NCBI GenBank assembly: GCA_000165425.1
Contig: CT867990.1
Coordinates: forward strand, 124,001-188,000
DNA: 64,000 bases
Origin: Paramecium tetraurelia
Taxonomy: Eukaryota
Direction of reading: 5' to 3'
The position numbers were made by a program, and so were the translations under genes. Below are positions 52,564 through 64,000 of this stretch, in pieces. The notes under the pieces were generated by a model. The model searched no databases. It saw only the letters and a list, made by a program, of their open reading frames with translations, and was not told the origin of the DNA. The number at the start of each line of letters is the position of its first letter. The first letter of the stretch is position 1.

Positions 52564-54304
52564 TCAAACTATGGGGATGGGAGTTTCATAATTAATTAAG
52601 AACTCTCTATACTCTTTAAGATCTAACTATGGAATATAGATAATATATTCTTACAACATCATGAAGATTGAATGTATTAAAATCTTATTGAATCAATTGC
52701 TCATTACAATTGTTTACAAATTTGCATATAGATTTTTAAGTGACTAGATTTGATTGTCTAGATAATAATTTAAAACTGGATTCGATATTATCTTCTGTTA
52801 GAATAATTTCTTTATTGGAAGCCAAAAGTAAGAACTCATCTAAAGTCAATTCTTGTTATAGATCCAGTTGTTCAATTAGATCCTTTCCCTCAATTGAAAA
52901 TAGTTCCTTCAATTCTTCTAAACTCAAACTTCCATCTTGATTTGTGTCAGCTGTTATAAATATCTTAGTCAAGACTTTTAAATGATCATGAGCATAATTG
53001 TGAAGAAAATAAGAAAATAAACATTTATGGACATATGTCATATTCTTGCACTTTACCATATTTTTTAGAGGTTGCAACAAATCTTATGGCTAGACTTGTT
53101 TCATCTTAATGAGGTATGGGTGTTCTAAACATTTCTTTAAGGAAATTCTATCATTACGATTATTACGTAACATCTCAATTAAAAGTTAATTCATCTCTGA
53201 AGGATGATTATTCAAATACTCTTCAGGATTAAATAAATGAATTTTAGAAATTTCATAAGGTAATTCTTTATTTCTTAATTATAGAATAATGACTGCTAAC
53301 GCCCAAACATCATTAGATTTATCTCTGGTCTTGATTGCAACCTGGCTAGCCTCATGGTGTTTATTTTTTTGTTTATGATTTTAGTGCTTTTAAGGAGGTC
53401 GATCCTCATATTATTGAGCTTCTTTTGGATACATCAATTAATAGATGCTTCTAATATCAGATAACTTGATAAATGGAGTAGAAGAATCATCAAATACTGA
53501 AAAGCTATCAATAGTCAATTCGTCGTGACTTAATCCTAATGAATGTACATAAGCTAAAGCTTCTATCATTTAATATAGTATAATCCCTATTGTATTATCA
53601 CTCAGCCTACGACATTCCAGTAGTTTCGACAATGACCCTCCAGCACAACATTCATACATTATTTAATATGTTTTTTTATGATGATGATCTACAAGAGTGT
53701 CTATAATTTTTACAATATGCATATTATCCTAGGTTATTAATATCCTTACCAACTTAATTTCTTCCAATTTCTATAAGTACTCATGATTTTTACTCTCAAA
53801 CTTGAGTACTTCAACTTAAACCAATTAGCCTGATTCATTGTGTTGCATAACCGTTTTGCCTTAATTGTCTATATAATATATTCAAATACCTAGATTTTTG
53901 CTTGAAACGATTGAAAAGTTTTTAGAGGCTGACACCAATAGAGTTTTGTTCCCTTTTCTAATGTTGCTTCTTTAATAAGAAAGATTTGAAAATGATCCCG
54001 TTTTTTATTACTCTTATATTGATGAAGACTAAATGATCAATGTCTTTGTTGTCATTGTTGTGGCATGAGAGGCTCTTCTAATCGCCTATGTACCATTTTT
54101 AACCAAATTCTGCTACACTGGAGTTGCGGCTTAATTCTGAGACAGCCTCCTTCTTGGTGTAATGGTTCTTTGGTTCTCTTGGAATTAGTTAATACCATTC
54201 TTCTACTCAGCTATCAATGAAATTTATTTATTTATTTTGGTTACTGTTTCCTCTTATTTTTGTTTCTAATTATTTTTAGAAGTTGAAGAAGTACAAACTC
54301 CCAT
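52564..54304 (-). CDS. CDPK-like pseudokinase B (paralog of A)
   Basis: MGVCTS, YECCAGG, SHDELTIDSF, IKLSDIR, NDVWALA, EF loop ADTNQDGSLSLEEL. Confidence 0.8.
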
Positions 54305-54397
54305 TAATTATAAATAATCAAATTTAATTTAGGGCCAATAAGTTGTTTATACATATGATTAAAAGTTTAGAATAAAAATTTCTGAATTTTGAATAAA

Positions 54398-55474
54398 TCA
54401 AACACACGCATTCGAAACTATATTGCACTTGGCCAAAATGCACAATGTCAGATCCGTGATGCCACTGCAATTATCAGGAATGGTTGGGGTAACAAATAAA
54501 TAATTGCCTGGTCCATATACACTAACTGTGCAGTATCCACTAATGCAATTAGGCAAATATTCAGCATCATATAAGTTCATAGAGACTAAATCAATCCTCC
54601 TTAATTATACAAAGTCAGTAGTAGTTATTGCCCATTTCATCGTGTATTATAAGTTAATTTAATTCGTTGTTCTGATCATGAATATAGGACTAACGGCTGA
54701 TTGGATACCAAATATTTATGGGTAAATGACTGTTAATGAAAAGAATCCATTTTCTGGATATGTGGTCCAGGATAATTCAATTAAATTTTAAAATGAAAAT
54801 CCCAAATATTTAAAGTGAATGTGATTGAAATTCACAAAATTATAAAAAGTAGAGTACTTTTCTGAATATGTGTTTAATCTCTAATAATAAATATCTATCA
54901 ACTCTAATATCTTAATCATTGTATCGCTTCTTTCTGATTTAATTATTTTAAGATCATCTCTAACATTTTGTAAACTTTCATAAATTGCCCTCTCCAAATA
55001 ATATGGGTGAGAATATTCTCCAATCAAAATTGGTGCTTGATTTAGATATGAATCAAGGATATTATTCAATTCAAAATTAGAACTAGACAACAAATCAAGT
55101 TTATATAACTTTTCCATTGCTTCCACACTAGGTTATTCAATTGTAACTGAGGTTTGGAATCTATCTTCTGGTGATAAGTCTGAGATAAATCTATATAGAT
55201 AAATCTTCTATTTAGTATAGGCAGAACTATAGCAAGATGCTACAAATTAAGGAGGAGTATAAGAAACTGGCTTACAACCAATTTATAATGCTCCTCCAGT
55301 TCTGCATGCGTTCTATTCAGTCACTAAATGGCAAGGTTGTGGATTGCATTAAAAGTCATCCCAATAACAATACCCAGATTAAAAACACTCGGACTCATAA
55401 AAGTCTGAACATATCGTCTATCCAATTTGTCCATAACAATTACAAATTAAAGCAATAAAGATTATAATAATCAT
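54398..55474 (-). CDS. Secreted Cys-rich protein
   Basis: Signal peptide MIIIIFIALICNCYG, with Cys repeats at both ends (CSDFYESECFQSGYCYWDDFQC; CSGITDLTLCILAKCNIVSNACV*). Confidence 0.7.
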
Positions 55475-55726
55475 TCTAATTAACTAGTTATATTTTTTAT
55501 TTTTATTCCAAAGGTATTTCGAAATAAACAAATTGATCTTTATGCTTGTTGCATAATTCAACTAGAGATCTAAATATTAATGTATATGTTAAAAGTTATC
55601 GATATTTATTTTTTGAAATAAATTAAAATATAATTGTGGTAGAGTGGTGACATAAAAATAAGGTGAAGATGTTATACTTTAAATTATATAATTTTTTTGA
55701 ATGGTTATATATTTATTTTCTAAGAA

Positions 55727-55734
55727 GCGGGAAA
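55727..55734 (-). promoter_or_regulatory. E2F-consensus site TTTCCCGC upstream of thymidine kinase
   Basis: gcgggaaa on +, 56 nt before the TK ATG, in an otherwise very AT-rich spacer. Confidence 0.6.
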
Positions 55735-55790
55735 GACATTTCTTGAGATGATTTATTTTATAAGAGCATTAATTTGATTGAAATATTAGT

Positions 55791-56497
55791 ATGTACACAG
55801 GAACAATTTCAGTAATCTATGGTCCAATGGTATGGTTCTGATTCTATGATAGTTTTCTGGTAAAACTAGTGAGCTCATGAGATTGGTCAAGAGATTTACT
55901 ATTTCCGAGAGAAAATGTGTGGTCTTGAATTATGCAAATGATAACCGATACTCAGAGGAATAGTGTATTTCAAGCCACGACAAGTAAGTTATCCATTCTA
56001 AAATGAAGACAATTTTTGAAAGCTATAAAAGTATGCAAATTGAATGAAGCTTATGAGAAATGCAAGGAGAGTGATGTTGTGGCTATTGATGAAGGTTAAT
56101 TCTTCACAGATGTAAATGTTCTAACAAAATGTGTAGATTGTGGAATTTAGTGAGAAGATGGCAAATTTAGGAAAGATTGTAATAGTTGCAGCTCTTGATG
56201 GAACTTTTGACAGGAAACCTTTCCATAACATCCTAAACTTGATTCCTTTGGCTGAGCGCATAACTAAACTAACAGCTGTGTGTTGGTTCTGTAAAAAAGA
56301 AAATGCCTCTTTCACTAAAAGAATAGTATAATCACAGGAGAGTAAATTAAATAAATTAAATTGTAGTTGAGTTGATTGGTGGTGAGGATTGTTACAAACC
56401 TGCATGTAGAGTATGTTTCCATCTTGCAGAAACACAATCAAAATCATAATCGATGTATAATAATCAAGACAATCATTTCGAGTAAAAAAAAATTTGA
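55791..56497 (+). CDS. TK1: Thymidine kinase (type II, TK1 family)
   Basis: [55 protein letters not shown]. Four tiny introns. Confidence 0.95.
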
Positions 56498-56546
56498 TTT
56501 GCTGAGCAAACACTATAATTAATTTATTTTTAATTTTTACAACATC

Positions 56547-56867
56547 ATGAGTTTTAATGGAAATGCACTACTGACACCTTCACGATATGGTGGAGAATCA
56601 TGGAATGCCCAAACATGCTTTGCTGCACAAGAGGACTATTTCGAATGTTTGGATAGAGAAAATTCAACTAATGGTAATTGATTTATTAATGCAGTCAATC
56701 GAAAACTTTGTGGCAGAGAACACCAATTGTGGAAGGATGTATGCCCTGATAGTGATAGAAGAGCATAAATGATATTTAGAAGACTTGAGAGATAAAATTA
56801 AGCATTGTACACATCAGAATAGCTCAGATTATATAATAATCAATAAAACAATAGAATGTTCAAATGA
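56547..56867 (+). CDS. COX6B/COA6-family CX9C-CX10C mitochondrial protein
   Basis: CFAAQEDYFEC (CX9C) and CGREHQLWKDVCP (CX10C), with one 21-nt intron. Confidence 0.75.
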
Positions 56868-56876
56868 TTAATAAAA

Positions 56877-57770
56877 ATGCACAAGATAAATCAAACATTA
56901 TTATTATTATTAACTCTTCTTGCATGCTACCCATTTCTTCTGAAATTAATTAGTGATGAGGATGTTTATTTTCTAATTAAATACTAAGTCTAATATAAGA
57001 ACAAGTAATACAAAGATATCAAGGATATTTATAATATTTGTATATCCAAACATATTTGAATAATATATTAATTTAAAAATCTAAATTAATAGTTTTGGAA
57101 TAATAATTTTCATATAACTATCATAAAGTTTAGGAATTAAAATTAATATCTAATTGATGATTCTATTTTATTTGGAAAAATAAATCATAAAAATGGAGAG
57201 TATGTTGTGGTGCAGGATAATTTATATTTAAATAAATAGAAAACATTCTAAAATTTGAAGAAAATTGTTTTTGGAAATTTATGGATTAAAAGCTTAATCA
57301 ACATATAAGTCATAATTAGGATAAATTACAAGAACTAATAAATGATGATGCTTTTTTTAGTGAATCTAACTAAAGATCATGGAAAATAGGATTTCAGAGG
57401 AAATATATGAAATTTAATTTTTATATGATAAAATTATTAATATAATTTACATAAAGTCAAGACAATTTCAATTCTGATCTTTAGAATACTTTGATTATTA
57501 CTCTAATTTATAAAGAACTACCATACTAGTGCTATAAAATGAATGTTGGGACAATCTGCTAAACTTAAATTCTTCAATAAATCTTAGTATAGCTCTCTGG
57601 ATGCTTTTGAGATTAAACAAAAATTTAAAAGCATAGATTCAATTTTATGAAAGGGTTAGTAATTATTTAATCTACTTAAATGGTTTTCACACAAAACATG
57701 AGAACTTAGAGGAAAATAATATTTCTAAATCAATTTTGAAATTCCTATTTAGCTTTATGTAGATTATGAA
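56877..57770 (+). CDS. Possible hypothetical protein, exon structure unresolved
   Basis: Hydrophobic start MHKINQTLLLLLTLLAC and several long open segments, but I could not join them with canonical short introns. Confidence 0.25.
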
Positions 57771-57808
57771 AAATAATAAATTTCTCGTTATTAAATTAAA
57801 TAATAATA

Positions 57809-58648
57809 ATGTAGTTGTCATGTATGTTCTGTGATCATAAAGGGAGTCTGCCAGGATTATTGAATATGGTAATCATCAAAAACATTCAAGGCTCTTTACT
57901 CAAGGTATCAGACTGATTTTTGTTAACTATAATTACGCAGCCAAACTACTATTCGCTTCTAGGATTAGGCATGTTTAGAGGAGTTAGAAGAGTATCTCAA
58001 ATTGTATAAGCTCTAGTTATTTAGTATAGTTATTACACCTTTCCACATTTGAAAGATAATCAAAAGCAGCTGATTGAATATTATAGATATCATAGAGACA
58101 TCCCTAGGATTTTCATCAAGAACATTACTCCTTAATTGGAAGCTTATCATGAGAAGCAAAGAGAGATTAGATACAAGAAGATAAAGAAATAATTAGGGAT
58201 GCACGTTTAGGACACAACTAGAGATAATATGATATATTCATTTAAGGCTCTGAAAGGGCTAAGTGAACTATAGACAACAAGATAATTACAACAATTGGTC
58301 AAATAGATCAAACCTCTTTTTTATGATAAAAGTGCGATTGCTACATTGATATAACAACAAAAGTAGTAAATGGTACAATCTCCTCAACTGAAGAAATTAT
58401 TGAAAATGGATAATATTAATACTGTTACTACTCAAGCGACGAAGAGAACTTATCATACTTATCATACGCTTTAAGATGTAAAAAAGAAGGGTCACAAAAA
58501 ACAACTCACTTTATGCACAGAGCATTCTCCTGAAGATAGGAATGATTTCTATAAGAGATGGTCTGATGTTTTAAGTCATAGATAATTATAATATCATAAA
58601 AATAAAATTAAAAATACTCTTCTCAACAAAAAGACATCACTTAAATGA
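57809..58648 (+). CDS. Hypothetical protein
   Basis: Two tiny introns join MQLSCMFC...EEYLKFYY...EYYRYHRDIPRIF...YHEKQREIRYKKIK. Confidence 0.65.
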
Positions 58649-58672
58649 TTTTTATAATTTTGTATTTAAAAT

Positions 58673-59305
58673 ATGAATAAAGCTGTAAGAATAAGATATC
58701 TTCTCTTGATGATTATAGACTACTACTAACAGAAATCAAGACATTATTGCCAATACTCAAATCATTAAATATCATATTAAGAATCTCCATTTCAATTAAA
58801 TTATTATTTACTTTAGAGATGTAAAGCTATCAAGGAAATCAAACTATATCTTAAGGATATCTACTTTAGGAAATGATAGAACCAGATTTACACTGAGGTG
58901 ATTCGTTTGAACTTGATTCACAATGCTGAAGATTCCAATCCATAAATAGATAGACAACTTTGTTTTTTCAAAATTTCAGACTTAATTAATTTCTCAAAGC
59001 AACATTAATAGAATACAAAAGGGATAAAATTATTAATATAAGTGGAATAGCTTAGTTTTGAGATTAATCTACATGAAAATGTAAAGGATACATGAAGGAT
59101 ACTTATTAAATTTAGAAGAACATCTGATATCATTAACAATATTACCATAATATCAGCAAAAAAAGCATTGACAAACCATGAATAAACTCACAGATAAAAT
59201 AAACCCCTTTTTCACTATGAATAAGATCTCTTTAAAGGAGGCTTAAATACTCAAATTCAAGAATTTCAACTTTTAACACCATAAACAAGAAACAATGCAA
59301 AATGA
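58673..59305 (+). CDS. Hypothetical protein
   Basis: ATG, a likely intron, then a long open frame ending ...KQCK-like with TGA at ~59305. Confidence 0.4.
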
Positions 59306-59312
59306 CTTAATA

Positions 59313-60105
59313 TCATTAGCTCTTATATCTTAACAGAATTGAATGATTATCATTATAACTTCATTTGTAATTCTTTAATTTGTTGATTCTTCTCTTAGAT
59401 CATCTATTTCAGAGTTTTGAATTGTACACAATCATTTAATTTCTTCTCCATCTCTTATTTCAATTGCTAATTCTCTTATTTTAATTAATTTATCTAATCT
59501 TGAAATGAACCTACTTGATCAGCATCTTAAACCTACTCCTTTTTTAGCACGACCAATTCATTCTATAGTTTTTGATTGTACTATTTTAAGAAATCATTCT
59601 CTTTAACCGTCTCCTCCATCTATTCTTATCAAATAAGATGATGATCTTACTTTATAGAGCAGTGTCGAGTGTTGGCAATCTCGAATATCTAACTTTCGAC
59701 TAGAGTGGCTTATCCTCAACAATGGTACCTCCTTTTTCAAGTATTTTCATCTACTCTATAATTTTACTATGATTAGAATGCTAATTACACATTTTCTATG
59801 AAATTGAAATCTGCATGAAAATCTTGATCAGAACACACTGATAAAAATATTTTGACATAGACACCGCACATATAAATTATTTTAGACACTTCTTTATTCA
59901 TCAGCACTTCCAAACTGCCCTCCAATTTCTTAAAAAGTTCTTAGACATCATCCTTATTGTATAAGGTGTCTTGCACTTAGAATTTGGAGAAATCCTTGAA
60001 TTCTAATTCTATTTCTCTCATGGCTTCTTATTTTTTGAGATTGAAGAAATTCAGGAAGGTCTAAAGTTCCTTTTGTCCATCTGAAGTGAGATTTGAACCG
60101 TCCAT
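59313..60105 (-). CDS. Coiled-coil hypothetical protein
   Basis: MDGSNLTSDGQKEL..., E/Q/K-rich open frame. Confidence 0.6.
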
Positions 60106-60138
60106 TATGTATTTTAATATACTTAAATACTTAAATAA

Positions 60139-61390
60139 TCAAATAATCAAATAACTAACAACAATGCTATATATAATATCAGCATTTGAGCAAAATTAAC
60201 TAGGTGTCTTGTTTTCACATGTAGTTTCAAACCCTTATTATTTATTGAATGCGCAAACCCCATCTACTTATCTGTTTAATCAAACACAGTATAATAACTA
60301 TGTAGGAAAGCATCGCCTAACAATAAGATGTCATCACTCTAAGATCTTTCTAGTTTCGTATTACATTTCGATTAGCTGCCATCTAAGATTGTACAAGCTA
60401 TAAGGGAATAAGGATCAATTTATACAATAGAGATAGTCTTATGGATTTAGGAGCAATTCAAAAGAACTATTGACTCTTATTTTTATAATTGGAAATGAAT
60501 CTATAATTCCTTGTTCATTTGTAGCATTTACAAAGCAATGCACAGTGCAATAGGAAGGTGCATAGTTTTCAACTCTGTAGGAACATTCTACTCCCTTGGC
60601 TGCAAAGACTTGCAACATATCATCCATTGCAACTGCAGGAACTGTAAGACAACTGGTTCCACTGTCCACAAGAGCTGTTGTAATAGAGAACAATTCATCA
60701 TCAATTGACATTCCTTCTATTCCCATAAGATATGAGGTATCAGAAATCAGAGGTACATAAGATATCTTTTGATCCTTTTGTATAAATTCCATATCAATGC
60801 CTCCAAAGAGAATATAACTACCAAATTCACCTTCATCCTTTAAATACAATGAGAAGTATTTTTTAGATATCAGCTTTTATTAGTAAAGTGACTCTAAGAT
60901 AGATGGATTGGGATTGGCTGCATTTGAATTGAAACCAAGTCCAAGAATGCCTCCACTGGATGCCATATTCCCACTTGCTCTTTCAATCAATAGGAACGAC
61001 TAATTAAATTTGATATTATGCATCCACACTTAGTCCCAAACCAATGTACCTGAAATGGGACCGTCATCATAGAAAACTGAGTAACTGGAATGAGTATTAA
61101 TACAAGTTGAACTTCCCTTACAATCATATCGATTGACTGCTATTAAATTCAATTATTATACCATTATTAAGAAATCCTTTTGCATCTATTGATGGGATCC
61201 ATAGATCAGAAGACCCAGTATCAATAATCAACTCCATCGGTTATTTCTGAGATCCAAATTGCATTTGAACTCTGTATTCTACTTGATGAATATCATGAAT
61301 GGGATCCATAATAGTTTAATGCCTTTGTATTTAGTATCTGATGCTTTGAGCTTCTTAAAATAATATTCCTAGCAATACTGTTATAATCAT
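60139..61390 (-). CDS. Pepsin-family (A1) aspartyl protease with signal peptide and hydrophobic C-terminus (possible GPI anchor)
   Basis: IIDTGSSDLWIP, GILGLG, YILFGGID, LVDSGTS, IVRRCF/intron region preceding YYTVFD, ending IIYSIVVSYLII*. Confidence 0.9.
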
Positions 61391-62099
61391 CAATAATGAA
61401 TTTTTAGTATTATTAATTCATATATAAATATTTAAATACGTTAATTTAGAAACCAAGCAGTTAGATTAGGAATTATTGAATGAAATAAATACTCAATTTG
61501 AATGCAGAATTCCAAGAAATGTCTGATCAATAAGAACAATATGATTATGGGAGTAATTATTGGATTTCAGATTGTTATTATAAATATGGAGCTCTTCTAT
61601 TAATAACTATTCAAAGAATTAGAACACTTATAATGTAAAACTACGAAAGAGAATATATAAAAAGAATTGATAAGCAATTCTCAATAGCATAATTAATCTA
61701 CTTTCGAATAAAAATAATTTAAACATTATATAGAATCAAGTTTAATAAATAATTCAATCCAAATTCAAGCTCCTATTTTTGATATGTATTAACTTTGATT
61801 CCTCTTTATATTGTATGATCCCTACTTTCAATAATTTTTATAATTCCAGTAACAAATTTAACACCTAAACACTTTAATAAAAGATAATATCATATATTTT
61901 CTCAACATATACTTTAATCGAAACATTCAATCAATCAATAGAACTACTTTGATTTGTACTTCACTAGTAATTTTAACCTAAATGATTATAAAATAAAACA
62001 AAGACCCAAAATGCATTTAATTTGACGTATTTGAGAATTAAATAAATGTCAGCAACATGATTATGAAAACTTTAGTATTCAATTTTAGATAGGATATTA

Positions 62100-62781
62100 A
62101 AATTTTTTCTTTTCTATAGAGTTATTAACCTTTTTAAGATTAATTCAATAAAGAAAATAGAAAGACGATTGATTATCTTATTGATTCCAACTTCATAGCC
62201 TGGCCTATCCTCATCATTCTACTAAACCACCACCCCAAAATATATATAATATGATTATAAATATTGATGAATATTCAGCTATTTTATTCTGAATAAACAT
62301 CTGGCTAATCCCATGGAGAAGGGAGAAGAGATTTCTCATCTTATTACAACTTTTCATTAAAATAATTGAAACCATTCTTTTTAAGTAATTTAACTATTGT
62401 TTCCTTATTTAAAATCTAGTGAATTTAATTGTTTTGTTCTCCTCCTTTTTCAGTTGACGGATTAACAATCTACTGAGTTTAAATACATGCTTAGCTATTA
62501 CTGTTTATATATGACGATTAATTATTAAGGAATTAAGTTTAAACTTTTATTTTATACATTTAGTTCTAATCTTTCGATTATTACTATGTTTCTTCATCTT
62601 TTTTTTTAGCTTATACATCATCCTTCTTCATAGAAACATCTTCATTAATTTCACTATTTAATAGATTTTTGTTATCATTTTTATCTCCTTTATTTTAAGT
62701 CATTTCAGTTGTCTCATTGCTTTGATTTTATTCAAAACCACTATCTTAAACCTTATGTATTTTCTAACTTTAAGGATCCAT
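62100..62781 (-). CDS. Possible hypothetical protein
   Basis: MDPQSQKIHKVQDSGFEQ... is an open low-complexity frame. The 3' end is unresolved. Confidence 0.3.
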
Positions 62782-62849
62782 TGTGTTGTAATTTTAAGAA
62801 ATAATTTTATATATTAATATAATTAATGATGAAATGATCTATGACATTT

Positions 62850-63863
62850 CAAGTTAATGAAAAAAATATTTTGCTAGAGTTTGATTCTTTATTGAATTCA
62901 TATTTCAATCTTTTTCAAGATTTATAATTAAAATTATATAACATTTAAATGTTTTTCATTTCGTAATACACTTTAAATCATATTGCACAATTTTGGTTTA
63001 AGCAATTTGTACAATATGATAAAATGATAGTCTTTCTTTTGCTGCCATCATTTATCCAAAAGAAATTGCAAAATGAATTGAGGCATTTTTCAAAATCTTT
63101 GTGTTTAAAAAATTTAGTTTTTAGTTTCTCATATTAATTATGAAAATATCTTTAGATAATTAGTATATTAGAATTATTTAGAAGAATTTATTAGGGTATT
63201 TTGGCTTTGCAATGGCAATGGATTTATGAATATCCCTTTTTTATACACTTTTCTAAATATTATTAAAAGCATTCATAATGATAAAAGTGATCGCATGGAA
63301 TTTACACTATTCTTCCATTACGTGATTTTGTGCAAACTTAACAATTTTAAATGATCAATTAATTTGCAGTAAAATCTTTCATGTTCTTCTAGATTGGATT
63401 GATTAATTTAGCTTGTTGTATAGTTTTCTTTGGACTTTAGAGTTTATTTGGGCTCTGTTATTCAAGATTAATAAGTTAATAGAGTAATTAAACGTCAGTC
63501 TTTAATTTCTGATTTTGGTTATTAATTTCTTCAGTAGTAAAAGTGAATTTAGACTTTTAGTTCTTAATATTCTTTGAAGTTGAAGCTAAGCTATATAAAA
63601 ATCTGTCTTTGTCATTCTTCTATGATTGATAATTGCTTGAACTTCGTGTCGGTATTTTATTTTTGCTTTAATAATAGTTTGCTCTCTCAACTGATAATGA
63701 ATGATCATACATATAACTTCCTTTTGCTTTCCTATATTTTTATTTATACTTACTATCTCTTAAGGAGTCTTCATACTTTTAGATAATAATGGGCAGCTAT
63801 TTCTTATTCTTTTAGTTGTTTATCATTGTTATTATAAATAATTTATAAATAAATAGAATTCAT
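62850..63863 (-). CDS. Possible hypothetical protein
   Basis: Coding-like composition on the minus strand with a visible tiny intron near 63732-63755. Boundaries are uncertain. Confidence 0.3.
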
Positions 63864-64000
63864 GCAAAAAGTAGTCAATAATTTGAGATCTAATATTCAA
63901 TAAATATGGCAATTCAAGTTATTAAAAAAGACATGGAGATGAGTTTTGTAATTAGAAAGTTCATATTAAAATAATATGAAATTTTATTATTATAAAAAGA

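Noticed and set aside
3206..63786. Many short 60-130 aa ORFs in the supplied track
   Set aside because: They are artefacts of treating TAA/TAG as stops: either fragments of longer genes or antisense/alternate-frame shadows (e.g. 13836-14054, 37213-37419, 56121-56513).
1..64000. tRNA, rRNA, CRISPR, transposon or telomeric repeats
   Set aside because: No cloverleaf-like, repeat-spacer, TIR/transposase or C4A2/C3A3 arrays were seen by eye. A covariance-model scan would be needed to exclude small RNAs.

Overview
This is AT-rich, gene-dense eukaryotic DNA with the hallmarks of a ciliate macronuclear chromosome, most likely Paramecium (inferred). TAA/TAG read as Gln inside conserved motifs (translation table 6), TGA is the only stop, GT-AG introns are about 20-30 nt, and intergenic gaps are often under 100 nt. 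The supplied ORF track uses the wrong code, so I re-read the genes by hand with table 6, and many boundaries are approximate. Recognisable genes: mL46 (partial), a CNB-domain protein, a NEK-type kinase carrying indels, proteasome alpha-2, three tandem hybrid histidine kinases, a two-pore-type channel with EF-hands, a Ser/Thr kinase, a Rab, two pepsin-family proteases, a GOLGA7/Erf4 protein, a standalone tandem-GAF protein, ITPK1, IFT122, two CDPK-like pseudokinases, thymidine kinase and a COX6B/COA6-family protein. The strongest candidate for an undescribed system is the array of three membrane-anchored hybrid His kinases. All three carry H-K-L-K-T instead of H-E-x-x-T and have eroded ATP-binding boxes but intact receiver domains. 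Also notable are a 57-aa ORF resembling a SIAMESE-type CDK inhibitor, perfect E2F sites (one just upstream of TK), and compensated frameshifts in the NEK gene. I saw no tRNA, rRNA, transposon, CRISPR or telomeric repeat.
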